DNA from: Cyanophora paradoxa CCMP329
Lineage: Eukaryota > Plantae > Glaucophyta
Direction: 5' to 3'
Length of the DNA: 64,000 nucleotides
Assembly (NCBI GenBank): GCA_004431415.1
Contig: QPMI01000015.1
Location: 124,001 to 188,000 of the forward strand
The translations under genes were made by a program, and so were the position numbers. Under the pieces are notes generated by a model. It saw only the letters and a list, made by a program, of their open reading frames with translations. It made no database searches and was not told where the DNA came from. Of the stretch, positions 1 through 18,935 are shown one piece after another. Positions within the stretch are counted from its first letter, which is position 1; every line of letters starts with the position of its first letter.

Positions 1-8970
<8,970 letters not shown>

Positions 8971-9668
8971 CCCCAGCCAGAGTTAATTTAACAGATCGAG
9001 ACCTGTTGAAGCATAGAGGCCTAAGCTTAAGCGCCGGCACAGGGCGGGGCGCGCGGGCAGCGTATACGTAGAAACAAAATTTAAGGACTCTGAGAGGGGG
9101 GGACTCTCCGGGATGCACTGCGGCATATGGGCGGATCCGGAGGGAGCTCGAGGGGGGGAATTCGAATTCGAAGCTTAAGCGGAGCGAAGGGCCGGGATTG
9201 CAATTGCGATATCGATGCCGCAGTGCGTGAGACCGGTCGAGCGCGCCCCGCGCGGCACAGCGATTGCAATTGGATGGGGGATGGGAAGGGGGGGAGGACA
9301 TGGAAGTTTGGGCGGGGTACCGCTCTGGGAGAGCCGACTTCGCGACTAGTACTGTTCTCAAAATCTGTACAAGCCCGCGCTAGGAGCGCCTTGCGCCATC
9401 GATAGAACTTTCGAAGCGCTACACAGTCGTACAGCAGGCTCCCCCGGAAGCGGAAGTGGCACTTTCGGACTTCGCGTGCGCGGCGCTCATGCATCAGCTG
9501 CAGGTGCAGAAGAGGTACGGTCCGATGCCCCGCATCGCGCGGAGCTACTATACTTTCAGATAGTGCGCGTCATGATCATCGCGCGTCGCGCGTCCGTACG
9601 CATCTGACAATACTTTCAGATATCGATAGCGCGCTCGAGGCGCCATGTGCTAGTGGCGCGAACTCGGC

Positions 9669-10763
9669 ATGGAGCACAGGCGGGACACAGTCAAGCGGCC
9701 GCCGCCTACGCCCGTGAAAACCAGCGCAGACAGCGCGCCGGAGAAACCCGGCGAGCAGGCCGAGCAGCCCATGGCCAGCGACGAGCCCGACTGGTCGGCG
9801 CATGAGCCGGGTACGGAGAACAGCAGCGCGCAACCGTCCAGCGACAGCTCCAGCTCTGATCCATCGAAGTACGCGACCGACCGGGCGGCAGCCGCACGCC
9901 GGGCAAAGCGCCGGAAAGCCAAGAAGCACCGTCAGCACGTGAAGCAGCTCCACGACGGCAGGGATGAGTATAACCAGAGCCGACAGCAGCGCGAGCGGCG
10001 CCCGCGGCGCCAGCTGGAGCTCAGCAACACCCCCGATCCCGCGCCAGCGCCGGCGCTTCCCGCGCTGGAACCACCTCTTGCGCTGCCGGCGCCAGAGCCC
10101 GCTCCAGATTCAGCAGACCAACTCCCATCTCCAGCTCCCACGGCCGCCACAACCTTCGCGGCCGATTTCGCGCCCGTCGCTCTTTCAGCTCCCGCCCCGG
10201 ATGCGCAGCCGCAGGCGCCGCCTGAGCCGGGTGCGGAGCTCGGGTACAGCGGCTCGCCGCCTTCCGACAGCTCCAGCTCCGATGAGTCGAAGCACGCGAC
10301 CGATCGGGCGGCAGCGGCACGCCGGGCCCGGCGCAAGAAGCTCAAGAAGCAGCGCCAGCACAAGCAGGCGCTCTCCGCTGGCAGAGATAAATACAACCTC
10401 AGCAGACCGGAAGGCAGGCGCCGACAGCAGCGCGCGCGGCGCAGGCGGCGCCAGCTGGATCTGAGCGACGCCCCCGATCCCGCGGCCGCACCAGCGCCGG
10501 CCCTTCCAACGACGGAACCACTTCTTGCGCTTCCAGCGCCAGAGATCGCTCCATGGCCAAGATCAGCTGCCCAACTCGCGCCTCCAGCTCCCCCGGCCGC
10601 CACAACCTCCGCGGCCGATTTCGCGCCCGTTGCTCTTCCAGCTTCGGATCCCGGGGCCCCGGATGCGCAGCCGCTGGCGCCGCCTCCCCTTCCTGCGGGC
10701 GTCTGGAAGTGGCATGCCCTTCAAAAGGCTTGTATTTTGGACTGGCATTGCTTTGAAAGGTAG
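9669..10763 (+). CDS. Orphan low-complexity basic/Pro-rich protein with an internal ~140-aa duplication
   Basis: Intact 364-aa ATG ORF with two diverged units (SDSSSSD..ATDRAAAARRA.R.K.KK.RQH...GRD.YN.SR...QL.LS..PDPA...AADFAPVAL) at ~9835-10220 and ~10260-10685. Confidence 0.5.
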   Translation: MEHRRDTVKRPPPTPVKTSADSAPEKPGEQAEQPMASDEPDWSAHEPGTENSSAQPSSDSSSSDPSKYATDRAAAARRAKRRKAKKHRQHVKQLHDGRDEYNQSRQQRERRPRRQLELSNTPDPAPAPALPALEPPLALPAPEPAPDSADQLPSPAPTAATTFAADFAPVALSAPAPDAQPQAPPEPGAELGYSGSPPSDSSSSDESKHATDRAAAARRARRKKLKKQRQHKQALSAGRDKYNLSRPEGRRRQQRARRRRRQLDLSDAPDPAAAPAPALPTTEPLLALPAPEIAPWPRSAAQLAPPAPPAATTSAADFAPVALPASDPGAPDAQPLAPPPLPAGVWKWHALQKACILDWHCFER

Positions 10764-11064
10764 GTAGTGCGTATTCATGCTGAACTCAGTGACTCTTAGA
10801 GATAGAACACTCGTGAACTCGGGTTAAGGATGAGGAGGAGCAGGGGGGCCGGGTCCATATATATATATAGCCCGGGGGTACCGGTACCTGAGCGAATTGA
10901 AGGGCCGGCGTTGAGGTCATTGAGCGCGCCCGCCGCCCGTGATATTTAGAGGTGCACCATCGGATTCGCCGCGCTCGAGGGGGGGAGGAGGGGGGAGGGG
11001 GCGGGGCGAAGTTCAACGGGGTCCTGAGGCGAAGGTCGGCGTCGGGGGGGCGAGGGGGGGTATC

Positions 11065-11882
11065 CTATCTTACCCCGACGCGCCCCGGCGTGCCGCACCT
11101 CGTTGGAACGGGGGCGACAAGGAGAGTCCGGCGGTAAGGACGGCGGGTCTCCGGAGGGCCGGCGTGGAGGGGTACACCGGCAATACTGGCCGGGCGGGCG
11201 TCTCGATCAGCGGCGGCGGGGGAAGCCGAGGGGAAAGCCGAGAGGCGGAGAGGCGGGCTGCAAGCGCACCGTGGTGCACGCAGGGAGCCGCTCATAAGCG
11301 GGGAGGCCGCATGCCATGATGGGTCCCGCCTGGCCACCACGCGCGCCCGCCCGAGCTCAAGGACCGGCTGTCCTTGGACGCTCCGCGCCCGCTCCCGCCT
11401 CCAGATCGCCTTGCGGACCTGTCAAAAGGCGTTAGAAGCGCAAGCCGCGGCGTCTTCGGGACGGGCGCACCCGCTGGATCGAGAGGCCGGGCCGCAGCTG
11501 GTGCGTGCCGGCGGCCACTGAGGCGGTGCCGCCGCAATGGCTCTGTCCCGTCAAAAGAGCAAGCACCCTCGCATGAGCCCTGGAAACGCGACCTGCGTGC
11601 GGGCGCGAAGTGCGAAGCGCGAATCGCCCACCGCGACGACATCGCCCGCCGCCGGCACGCGCCGCACGCGCGCCGGTGCCACCGAACGAACTGGACCATG
11701 GGCAGCCACGCGCAGGCCGACCACGAGAGCTGCGCGGGGCTGCCGAGCCAGTTGCGCGCGGCGTCTGCCGCGGCGCGCTTGGGTCGCTGGGGCTGGCTCG
11801 TGGTGCAGATGGCGCCGCGGGCCGACGGCGCGGCGGAGCGGACGCTCAGGGGCTGGCTCACGGCGCAGGCGACCGAGAACAT
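11065..11882 (-). CDS. Possible small spliced gene with a transit-peptide-like N-terminus; product unknown, 3' end uncertain
   Basis: ATG at 11882 reads MFSVACAVSQPLSVRSAAPSARGAICTTSQPQRPKRAAADAARNWLGS (Ser/Ala/Arg-rich, early Phe). Several GT..CAG intron-like segments follow. It is divergent from the gene at 12060. Confidence 0.3.
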
Positions 11883-12059
11883 GATGCGACCGAAGCATAC
11901 CCCAGCAGCAGTCGCTTAATTATAATGCAGCAATGCCAAGGCGGCGGCACAGCGCGGGGCGGCCGGCCCGGCCCCGGGCGGCCCCCCCGGGGCGGGGTGA
12001 AGGGGGGTAGAGGCGTGCGCGGGCGCCAGCTCGCCAGCCACACCAGCTGCAGCAAGGCC

Positions 12060-12875
12060 ATGGTGAAGATCAAGGACGGGCAGGTGCGTCGGAAGCCTGC
12101 CGAGGTCGAAGGGCGGGGCGGTCGGGGGCGGGCGCGCGGTCGATGCCGGTCGCACTCTATGCGCTTCTTCCCCCTCTTCGTTTCCAACGCACCCGCGGGA
12201 TAGCTACCGCGCGTCCGTGAGATGGGGCCACCGACAGCCGCCGGCCGCATCTCGTCAGAACGACTGCAGTTCTAGCGTGACCGGGGCCGGTTCGCCAGCG
12301 GCTCACCGCGTACGCGCCAGATCGTGCGGGATGAGGAGGCAGGCACGTCCGCGCCCTCCAGCTCCTCCGCGGGCTCTTCGAGCGGCGGCGGCGACGGAGG
12401 CGGCCTCTTCCAGCGGTGGATGAACTGTATGGCGTGGCTCGAGTCGAAGAAGATCTCGCCGCGCATGCTCCTCATCATCTCCATCTTCGCCATGATCTTC
12501 TTCGGTGCGGCCGGCCGGCCGGACGCGGACCACATGCGCATACGCGTGCCCCGCGCGGCTCCGCTGAGCGTCGCCCCGCGCCATGCGCAGGGATGAAGGG
12601 ACTCCTCATCGTCGGCGTCCTGATCGGCCTCGCGCTGCTGTACGCCAGCTCGCAGGGCGGGCCGCAGGGCGCCAGCTCCAGCTCCGGCGGCGCCGTACCC
12701 ACCGGCAACCGCCTCGGCGGCGGCGGGCGCGGCGCCAACATCCGCGGGGTAGGGGACTTGCCTAAGCCCCCTCCCTCCGCCTGAGGTCCGCTCCCCCCTC
12801 CCCTCCCCGCTTGAATTCGATCCCCCGGCCGCCCCGCCGACGCCCGGCCGCGGCGCAGGTCGAGGCCCGTGCTAA
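12060..12875 (+). CDS. Candidate selenoprotein: FAM241/DUF4605-like membrane protein with a SelK-like Sec tail (139 aa, Sec134)
   Basis: Exons 12060-12083, 12321-12504, 12591-12785 and 12859-12875, all GT-AG. Product: MVKIKDGQIVRDEEAG...KISPRMLLIISIFAMIFFGMKGLLIVGVLIGLALLY...NRLGGGGRGANIRGVGDLPKPPPSA-U(TGA 12782-12784)-GRGPC-TAA. A SECIS-like hairpin lies downstream. Confidence 0.8.
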
Positions 12876-12919
12876 GCGCGTTCTTAGCACGGGCCCTGCC
12901 CTCTCCGCTTGCGAGCGGC

Positions 12920-12997
12920 GCTCCCCGCGGCCTCTGTGACGCGCGCCGGCCCACCGCACCCCGTGCGAGCCGCCGCGCCGACCCGCCGCCCCGGAGC
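12920..12997 (+). promoter_or_regulatory. Type II SECIS element, non-canonical (GUGA core, C-rich apical bulge)
   Basis: Helix I: gctcc/ggagc and gcggc/gccgc. Core: GTGAC (12936-12940) opposite CGAC (12979-12982). Helix II: gcgcgccggc/gccgccgcgc (9 of 10 pairs). Bulge CCAC, then mini-stem cgcac-ccc-gtgcg. Confidence 0.75.
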
Positions 12998-13244
12998 CCC
13001 TCACCCCACCGATGGCGCCGGCCCCCGCGCCGGCCCGCCCAGCTCTCTCATGTACATAGCTCCTCGTCATTCCAACCTTCTCCTCCCGACGCCCCGCCAG
13101 GCAACGCCCCAGCCAGCTCGCTCCCAGCCCTCCGGTCGGGAGCTCGACGCGGCCAGCGCGCGCGCCCCTGTCGTCCCGGCGTCCACTGTGTCCGTGAAGT
13201 ACTCTCTGTTCCGCACAGCTTACAGCTGCCACTTTCGCTCGGCG

Positions 13245-14168
13245 CTAAGATGCGGGCGGGGCGGGCCCGCTGCGCGTGTAGTGGACAAGTCCCCACGTGA
13301 ACAGGACAGTGAAGGCCATCCCGCTGCGGGGTTCGGGGCGTTAGAGCAGCGCACGTCGGGGCGCCCCCGGCAGATCGGGGGAGGCGGGTACCTGTAGACG
13401 AGCCAGCGATCCGTGTACTCCCGCCGCTCGATCATGCGCATGATCGTGTTCGAAAGGCCCAGAGAGTTCATCACGTCCAGCATCCGCCGCTGCACGCGCT
13501 GCGCACGGGGCTCGCCACCACGCCGCGGCTGGCGGGCGGGCGGGGGGCGGGGCGCGCCTTGAGCCGCTCGCGCTGCCCGACCAGGTTGCGGAGCACATCG
13601 GCGCCCTGCGTCAGCATGCCCTCCACCGCAGCGTGCGACCGGTTCAGCGACGTTCGCTCGTTTGTGAGCATGTTGATCACATGGCTGTCCCCGCCCTGCA
13701 CCTGCGCCGCCTCCCGCGTCGGCCGGCCGCGAGCGGCGCGACTGCGCGGACCCGCCGCGCCGCACCTGTTGCCTGCCGCGGAAGAGCGCCTCGCGGTCCG
13801 CCGCTTCCTTCTGTTTCCTGAATGTCCGCTCCATGTATGTGTCCATCGAGCTCCGCAGCGCCGTGTACTCGTCGGCGACTTGGTTCGACTTCCTGCGGCC
13901 GCCGTGCGTCAGGCGCCCGTGCCGCCGCGCGCGGCTCGCGCGTCGCACGGCCGCACTTGCGCCACATCTCGCGCCGCTGCCCGGGCTCCATTGCGACGAG
14001 CCCGTCTAGCGTCTGGATGAGGCGGCCGAGCTCATTCAGGCTGCGCGACAGCTCGCCCTGCAGTTGCAGCGATGTGTCCTTTCCGCTCTCTAGCAGTTCC
14101 AGCTGGTGCTGCACCGCAAGTGTCGTCTTCTTCACTTGCGTGAAAACCTGATCTATCTGCTGCGCCAT
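13245..14168 (-). CDS. GOSR2: Membrin/GOSR2/Bos1-type Golgi Qb-SNARE
   Basis: Spliced product MAQQIDQVFTQVKK...RREMWRK|...DREALF...ERTSLNRSHAAVEGMLTQGADVLRNLVGQRERLK|RVQRRMLDVMNSLGLSNTIMRMIERREYTDRWLVY|..GMAFTVLFTWGLVHY. The LGLSN..MR.IERR...D SNARE motif is followed by a C-terminal TM segment. Confidence 0.9.
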
Positions 14169-14317
14169 CGCTGCGCAGCCGCCGCTGCGGACACTAGCTC
14201 TGCGATCTCCTGGCGCGTGCTTCGATATGTCCCTCGCGCTGCTGCGTGCTTGACAGGGCGCGTTCAGTTTTCGCGTACCCCGCAAGTTTTGCAACTGCGG
14301 CGAAACAAAGCGCTCCA

Positions 14318-15511
14318 ATGGACGCCCCAGGGCGCTCGCCGAGCGCTCCCCTGCGCGACCTCGCGCTTTGGCTTGCCACCCTTGCGGTCTGCAGCGTGGT
14401 TGTGGGCCTGCTTGATCGCTGGGTGGGCATTGGTTCAAGCGCGCCCGCCTCCCTCGCCATGCCCGCGGCCACGCTCGCATGCTTCTTCGTCACCCTCTTT
14501 CTCACGTTTCGTGCGATCCCTGCTGCCGGTAAGCCCCGCACAGCGACCTTTCCTCTCCGCCCATGCCAAACGCTCAGCGGCTTGCAATTGACCGTGAGCG
14601 CAGTCTATTACGTGCTCGCGTTCTTCCACTTCTGCTTCGTCAGAGTCCTTCTTCCTCTTCTGCTTCGTGCGCGATTCCCACTGCCCCACTGCGCGCCGCT
14701 GCAGCTGCAGCTGTCCAGCGCTTTCTGAGCCCGTTCGTTCTGATTCCGACGACATGCGCGCAGTAATCTGGAACGCGGATGATCGACTCCCTGCCCTCTT
14801 CGTGTCTTGGGCTTGCCGCGCGCACGAAGCGCTGTCGTCGACGCGCATGCGCAAGCAGGACTTGTGCATCGACTCCGCTGAACCGGGGATCGACTCACAG
14901 TCTTCCAGCGAACATCTTCCCGGTGGGGCCGCGCCCGCTCTCTGTGCGTCGCCGCCGGAGCTTGCAGCTGGCGTGGACCATGAAATCGTCCGCCCCTCAT
15001 CTGTGGCGCCGCAAGCCGCTGAGCCATCGACATCGACGTCTATGTCCGGTGCCGGCTTTGCTACTCGAATCAGTTCTGCCCGAGGCGTCCCCTCTGATGC
15101 TGTGTGCGCCCCGTCGCAGGTGATCCGCTAGCACTACTTGCGCCTCCTGTCAGCTGCGGCTCGGCGGATGCGTCGGCTGCGGCCGGGGATGCGCCGATCC
15201 TCTCGGCGGAAGCCCACACAGGCCCCTCGCGATTGCAGCTTGAGGTTGCGATGCCGGACGCGCAGGGCGACCCAACCCCGAGCACCGGATCCAGGCCCGT
15301 CCCGCCTCCGCTCTCGATCTGCCCAAAAGCTTCTCGCCTGACGTCCCTTTCCGCAGCTCCACGGCAGCGCGGCCCGCCAGCGAGCCCGCTCCGCCGGCGG
15401 CCGTCCCCGCTCGCATCCCGGCGCCCGACGTCGACCGGCCTGCTCGGGTCGCCGAGCTCCCGAAGCTCCCGAAGCCGCCGAGTGCCCCCGCCCCTGCAGC
15501 TGCGGAAGTAA
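14318..15511 (+). CDS. Hypothetical membrane protein (about three N-terminal TM segments, disordered Ser/Pro/Arg tail)
   Basis: Hydrophobic runs LALWLATLAVCSVVVGLL, ATLACFFVTLFLTF and VYYVLAFFHFCFV are joined by short introns; ends ...PPLQLRK*. Confidence 0.5.
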
Positions 15512-15522
15512 TCGACCTAGAA

Positions 15523-16720
15523 ATGGAAGAGGGTCTGTACATTTTCGAATTTGGATCTGAAAATGATCCGTTGTGAGCCCGCAGTCGCCGCAGATCCCGA
15601 CGCGACACAAGACATGCAAGTTGAAGCAGCTGCCCCATCCCCCGCGGAGGCGCGCGCCGCGGCCGCGGTAAGGATTTCGTTACGTTTCGAAGCCCTGGTC
15701 CCAATCGATCCGATACGGCAGACCGGAGCGAACCAGCCGCAGCAGGCGGAGGACTCGAGCGGCGGCAGCCGCCGCGGCGCGTGGCTGACGAAGTACGGGT
15801 GGTCCTCTCTGCTCGCGAGGTGCCTTCATCTATTTCAGATCGCCTGCGCGGTCCATGCCGCCCTCGCTGAAGGCCGCCCTCAGCCTCCGCCTCGCCGCGG
15901 GGGCGCAGCACGAGACGGCGAGCCCGCCGGGCCTCGCCAAGGCCGCCTGGCACCCTGACGAGTTCTACGGCGCGGGACCGCCCTTCGAGGCGACGCTGCG
16001 GTTCCCGTGGCCGGCGCCCGGCGGCCCGCCGAAGCTCTTCAGGGGTCTAGGCCCCTCGAAGGACGCCGCAAAGGCCGCGGCCGCTCGGGCGGCCTGCGAG
16101 TGGCTCGACCAGCTGGCGCGCCTCCTCCTCCTCCCCCTCCCTGTCCTTATCGTCGCTCACCGACTCGACTCGCAGGGACGCCTCCGGCCGTGCCCCTCGA
16201 CGGGCCCGAGCAAGCCGCCCTTCGCCGCCCGCCCCTCCGCCTCCGCCTCCGCCTCGGTTGGCGAGAAGCGGAACCGCTCCGGCGGACCGGCCGCGGTGCA
16301 TGCGCGCCGTACCCTCTAGTTAGAGCCCTAGAGCCGCGCTCCTTCCCCCCTGACGTCATTACTCCATCCAGGCTGCCGCAGGGGAAGAAGAGGAGGCGCC
16401 GGGAGCTCCAGAGAATGGTGTGCTGAAGGAGGAGGAGGAGTCGGGGCAGGAGGGGCAGGGGGAGGGGGGGGAGGAGGGCCCCCCGCGCTCCCGCCGGCGC
16501 CTGGCCGAGGCGGACGACGACGACGACTCCTCGACCACCACCCGCGGCTCGCCGCCGCCCCCGCCCGCCGGCCCCACCTCTGTGCGTTGCCTATAGCTAG
16601 GACTCCGGCGGTCGCTTTTCCTTGTCTTGTCTCGATTCTAACGCTGATCTTGTGCAGGCCGACTTCGACGCGGGGACGGAGCGCGAGGCGGGGCACCGCG
16701 AGAGAGAAACCGGTGCTTGA
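15523..16720 (+). CDS. Protein with a single dsRNA-binding-motif-like domain and an acidic tail; 3' end approximate
   Basis: GPPFEATLRF...LFRGLGPSKDAAKAAAARAACEWL at ~15975-16110 resembles the dsRBM pattern P.F...V....F.G.G.SKK.A...AA..A. Confidence 0.55.
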
Positions 16721-17120
16721 GAGCCGCAGGCGGCTCCGGGCCCCGGGCCCGCGCTGAGCCGGCCTTAGGATCGCCGGCACGAGGGTCTCCGACCGCTCCG
16801 CGCAGCTTCCGCGGATTCTTCTCGCAGCCCGTCGTCGGCTGCGCCTGGTTCCGCGGCCGCGGCTGATACGTGGCCCCAGCATGCTCTTTTGATGAAGGAG
16901 TTGCTTAGCTGTAGCTAGTGGACGCCACCCATCGGCAATGTACATTCGACGCTCTTGATCAATTGTAATTACAAGCGAGATCGATCACCGGCGCACATCG
17001 ACGCCTCAGGGGCCGGGGCACGTGCACATCGCTGAGGCGGCGCGATGAGGGGCGGGGGCTGGCCCGGGCTGAGGGCGAGAAGGATAGTTCTCGGCTCCGC
17101 CCGCAGTCTAGATCTGGCGC

Positions 17121-18772
17121 CTACTCCCAGTGCCCCGTGACGAGGGGCTCCACGGGCAGCGAGCCGCGCTTCAGCCGCAGCTCCTTGAACAGCTGCGGCG
17201 AAGAAAGACTAAATTTAGACCAGTATTCGAATTCGAATTCGAATTCGGAGAAAGGCGTACCCGGTCGGGGTCGTCGAGCTCCTCCTCGGCCTCGGCCAGC
17301 GAGCCGAGCTGCTGCCCCGGCTCCCCCAGCTCCTCCACAACGTCCACGTCCGCCCCGCTGCGAACGAAGCAAACGGCTCGAGGGGGGTACGCCGGAGTAC
17401 GACGCAGGGGGGTACGCACATGAGGATGAACTGGACGTTCTTGTAGTTGAGGAGCTCCAGGGCTGCGAGGTACCGTGAGGGACGGTGGGGTACGCGTCGA
17501 GAGAAGAAAGGGGGCACCTTGCATTGGACGAACTGGTACCCCCGAGCGATCTCCATGAGCTGCGGGGGGCACTCAGATGGGATTTCGGGGCGGATGGGGG
17601 GTCCAGGCGCAGGCCTTCTTGGGGTACTCGGGCTTCGCCTTCGGGCCGAACGGGGTACTGGCCTCCGGGTTCTAAGGGGCCGGATCAGGGGGAAGTGGAC
17701 TCGGGAAGAAAGGGGGCGGGGGTACGGGCCTTGATCTGCAGGATGTAGGAGCCCTGGTCGGGGATGTTGAGGGCCTCCTGCACCTCCCCGGGGCCGTCCT
17801 GCGCGCGCCGGGAGGCGCGCAGCTCAAGAGGGCGCCGCCGCGCGGAGCTCGAGGAGGGCACACGGCGGGGAGCTCGAGGAAGTAGGCGAGGTGCGTGTGC
17901 TTCCCCGAGTGAGACATGATCTCGTACCTGCGCACGCGCGCCCGGCCGAAGACCAGGCGGCGCGGGGGGTGAAGCTCTTAAGCTTCTGAGATGGACGAGC
18001 GGAGAATGCGCATGCGCACACGCCCTCGCCGGCGGGGCGGGCGGCGCCCTGGACGCGGTGGCCCCGCGTGGCCGTCTCGTACTCCTTGGGGAGGAGCTCG
18101 CGTGAGATATCCTCGATGTCGCTGCTCACGTTCTGCACGAAGCCCAGGTGCGTCGCCTGCGCGCGCGCGAGTCGACGTCAGCCGGCCGCGCGCGAGTACA
18201 TAAATCGAAAGGACGGCCGCGCCTTGCGTCCGGTGCCCTTGGGCGTGAGCTTCGGGAGCTGCTTCTTGGGGACGATGAGGAGGCGGTTCAGATGCTCGGC
18301 GGGGATCGCCGTCTTCTGGTTCGCGAAGGGCCGCAGGACGATGTACAGCCGCTGCACCTGCGCCGCGGGGCGTCGCCACTGCTTCTCGAGCCGCGCTTTT
18401 AAGGCGCACATCGTCGAAATCATCCGCTCCGTCGTTGTGCCCGCTACCGATCTGAGGGTCGCAAGCGGCGCGCTCCCGTCGACGGAAGCCCGCGCCGCGC
18501 GGCGTTCGCAACGCGACAGGGGCGGGCGCTTGAAGTTGCATTCTGCAGCGCGGCGCGCGCTGGCTGCGCTCGCGGACGCGCCTTCGGTCGGTAGAAGAAG
18601 TAGATGTGCCTGCGCATTCAGCCGTGCGCCGCCGATGAGGCTCGGGCGCACGCGTGGCGAGAGAGCGCGGCGCGCGCTCGGCCGGCGCTCACCCCGCCTC
18701 GTAGATGTCGCGGTGCAGGCGGAGCTCCATGTTGTCGAGGTCGACCTCCTGGGTCTCGGGATGCTTTTGCAT
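17121..18772 (-). CDS. Conserved uncharacterised protein (G.IYFFYRPK / VQRLYIVLRP family)
   Basis: Spliced product ...DIYEAG|HIYFFYRPK|IGSGHNDGADDFDD|VQRLYIVLRPF..NRLLIVPKKQLP|..GFV..|RYEIMSHSGKHTHLAYFLEL..EALNIPDQGSYILQIK...ELLNY..VQFIL...PVEPLVTGHWE*. I recognise these motifs from a family of unknown function seen in plants, fungi and some prokaryotes. Confidence 0.75.
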
Positions 18773-18935
18773 ATCTCTGCGGGGCTGTAGAACGCGATGT
18801 CTGTGCGTCGGATGCCTGGCGTGCCTGTGCAAAGCGCAGCGAGTTGGTTGGAGTTGCGGCTTGCGGGGTACACCCGCCGTCCAGTCCATGTCTGCTAAGG
18901 CAGAATCGTTCAACGGGAAGGCCGCGGGTGCAACG

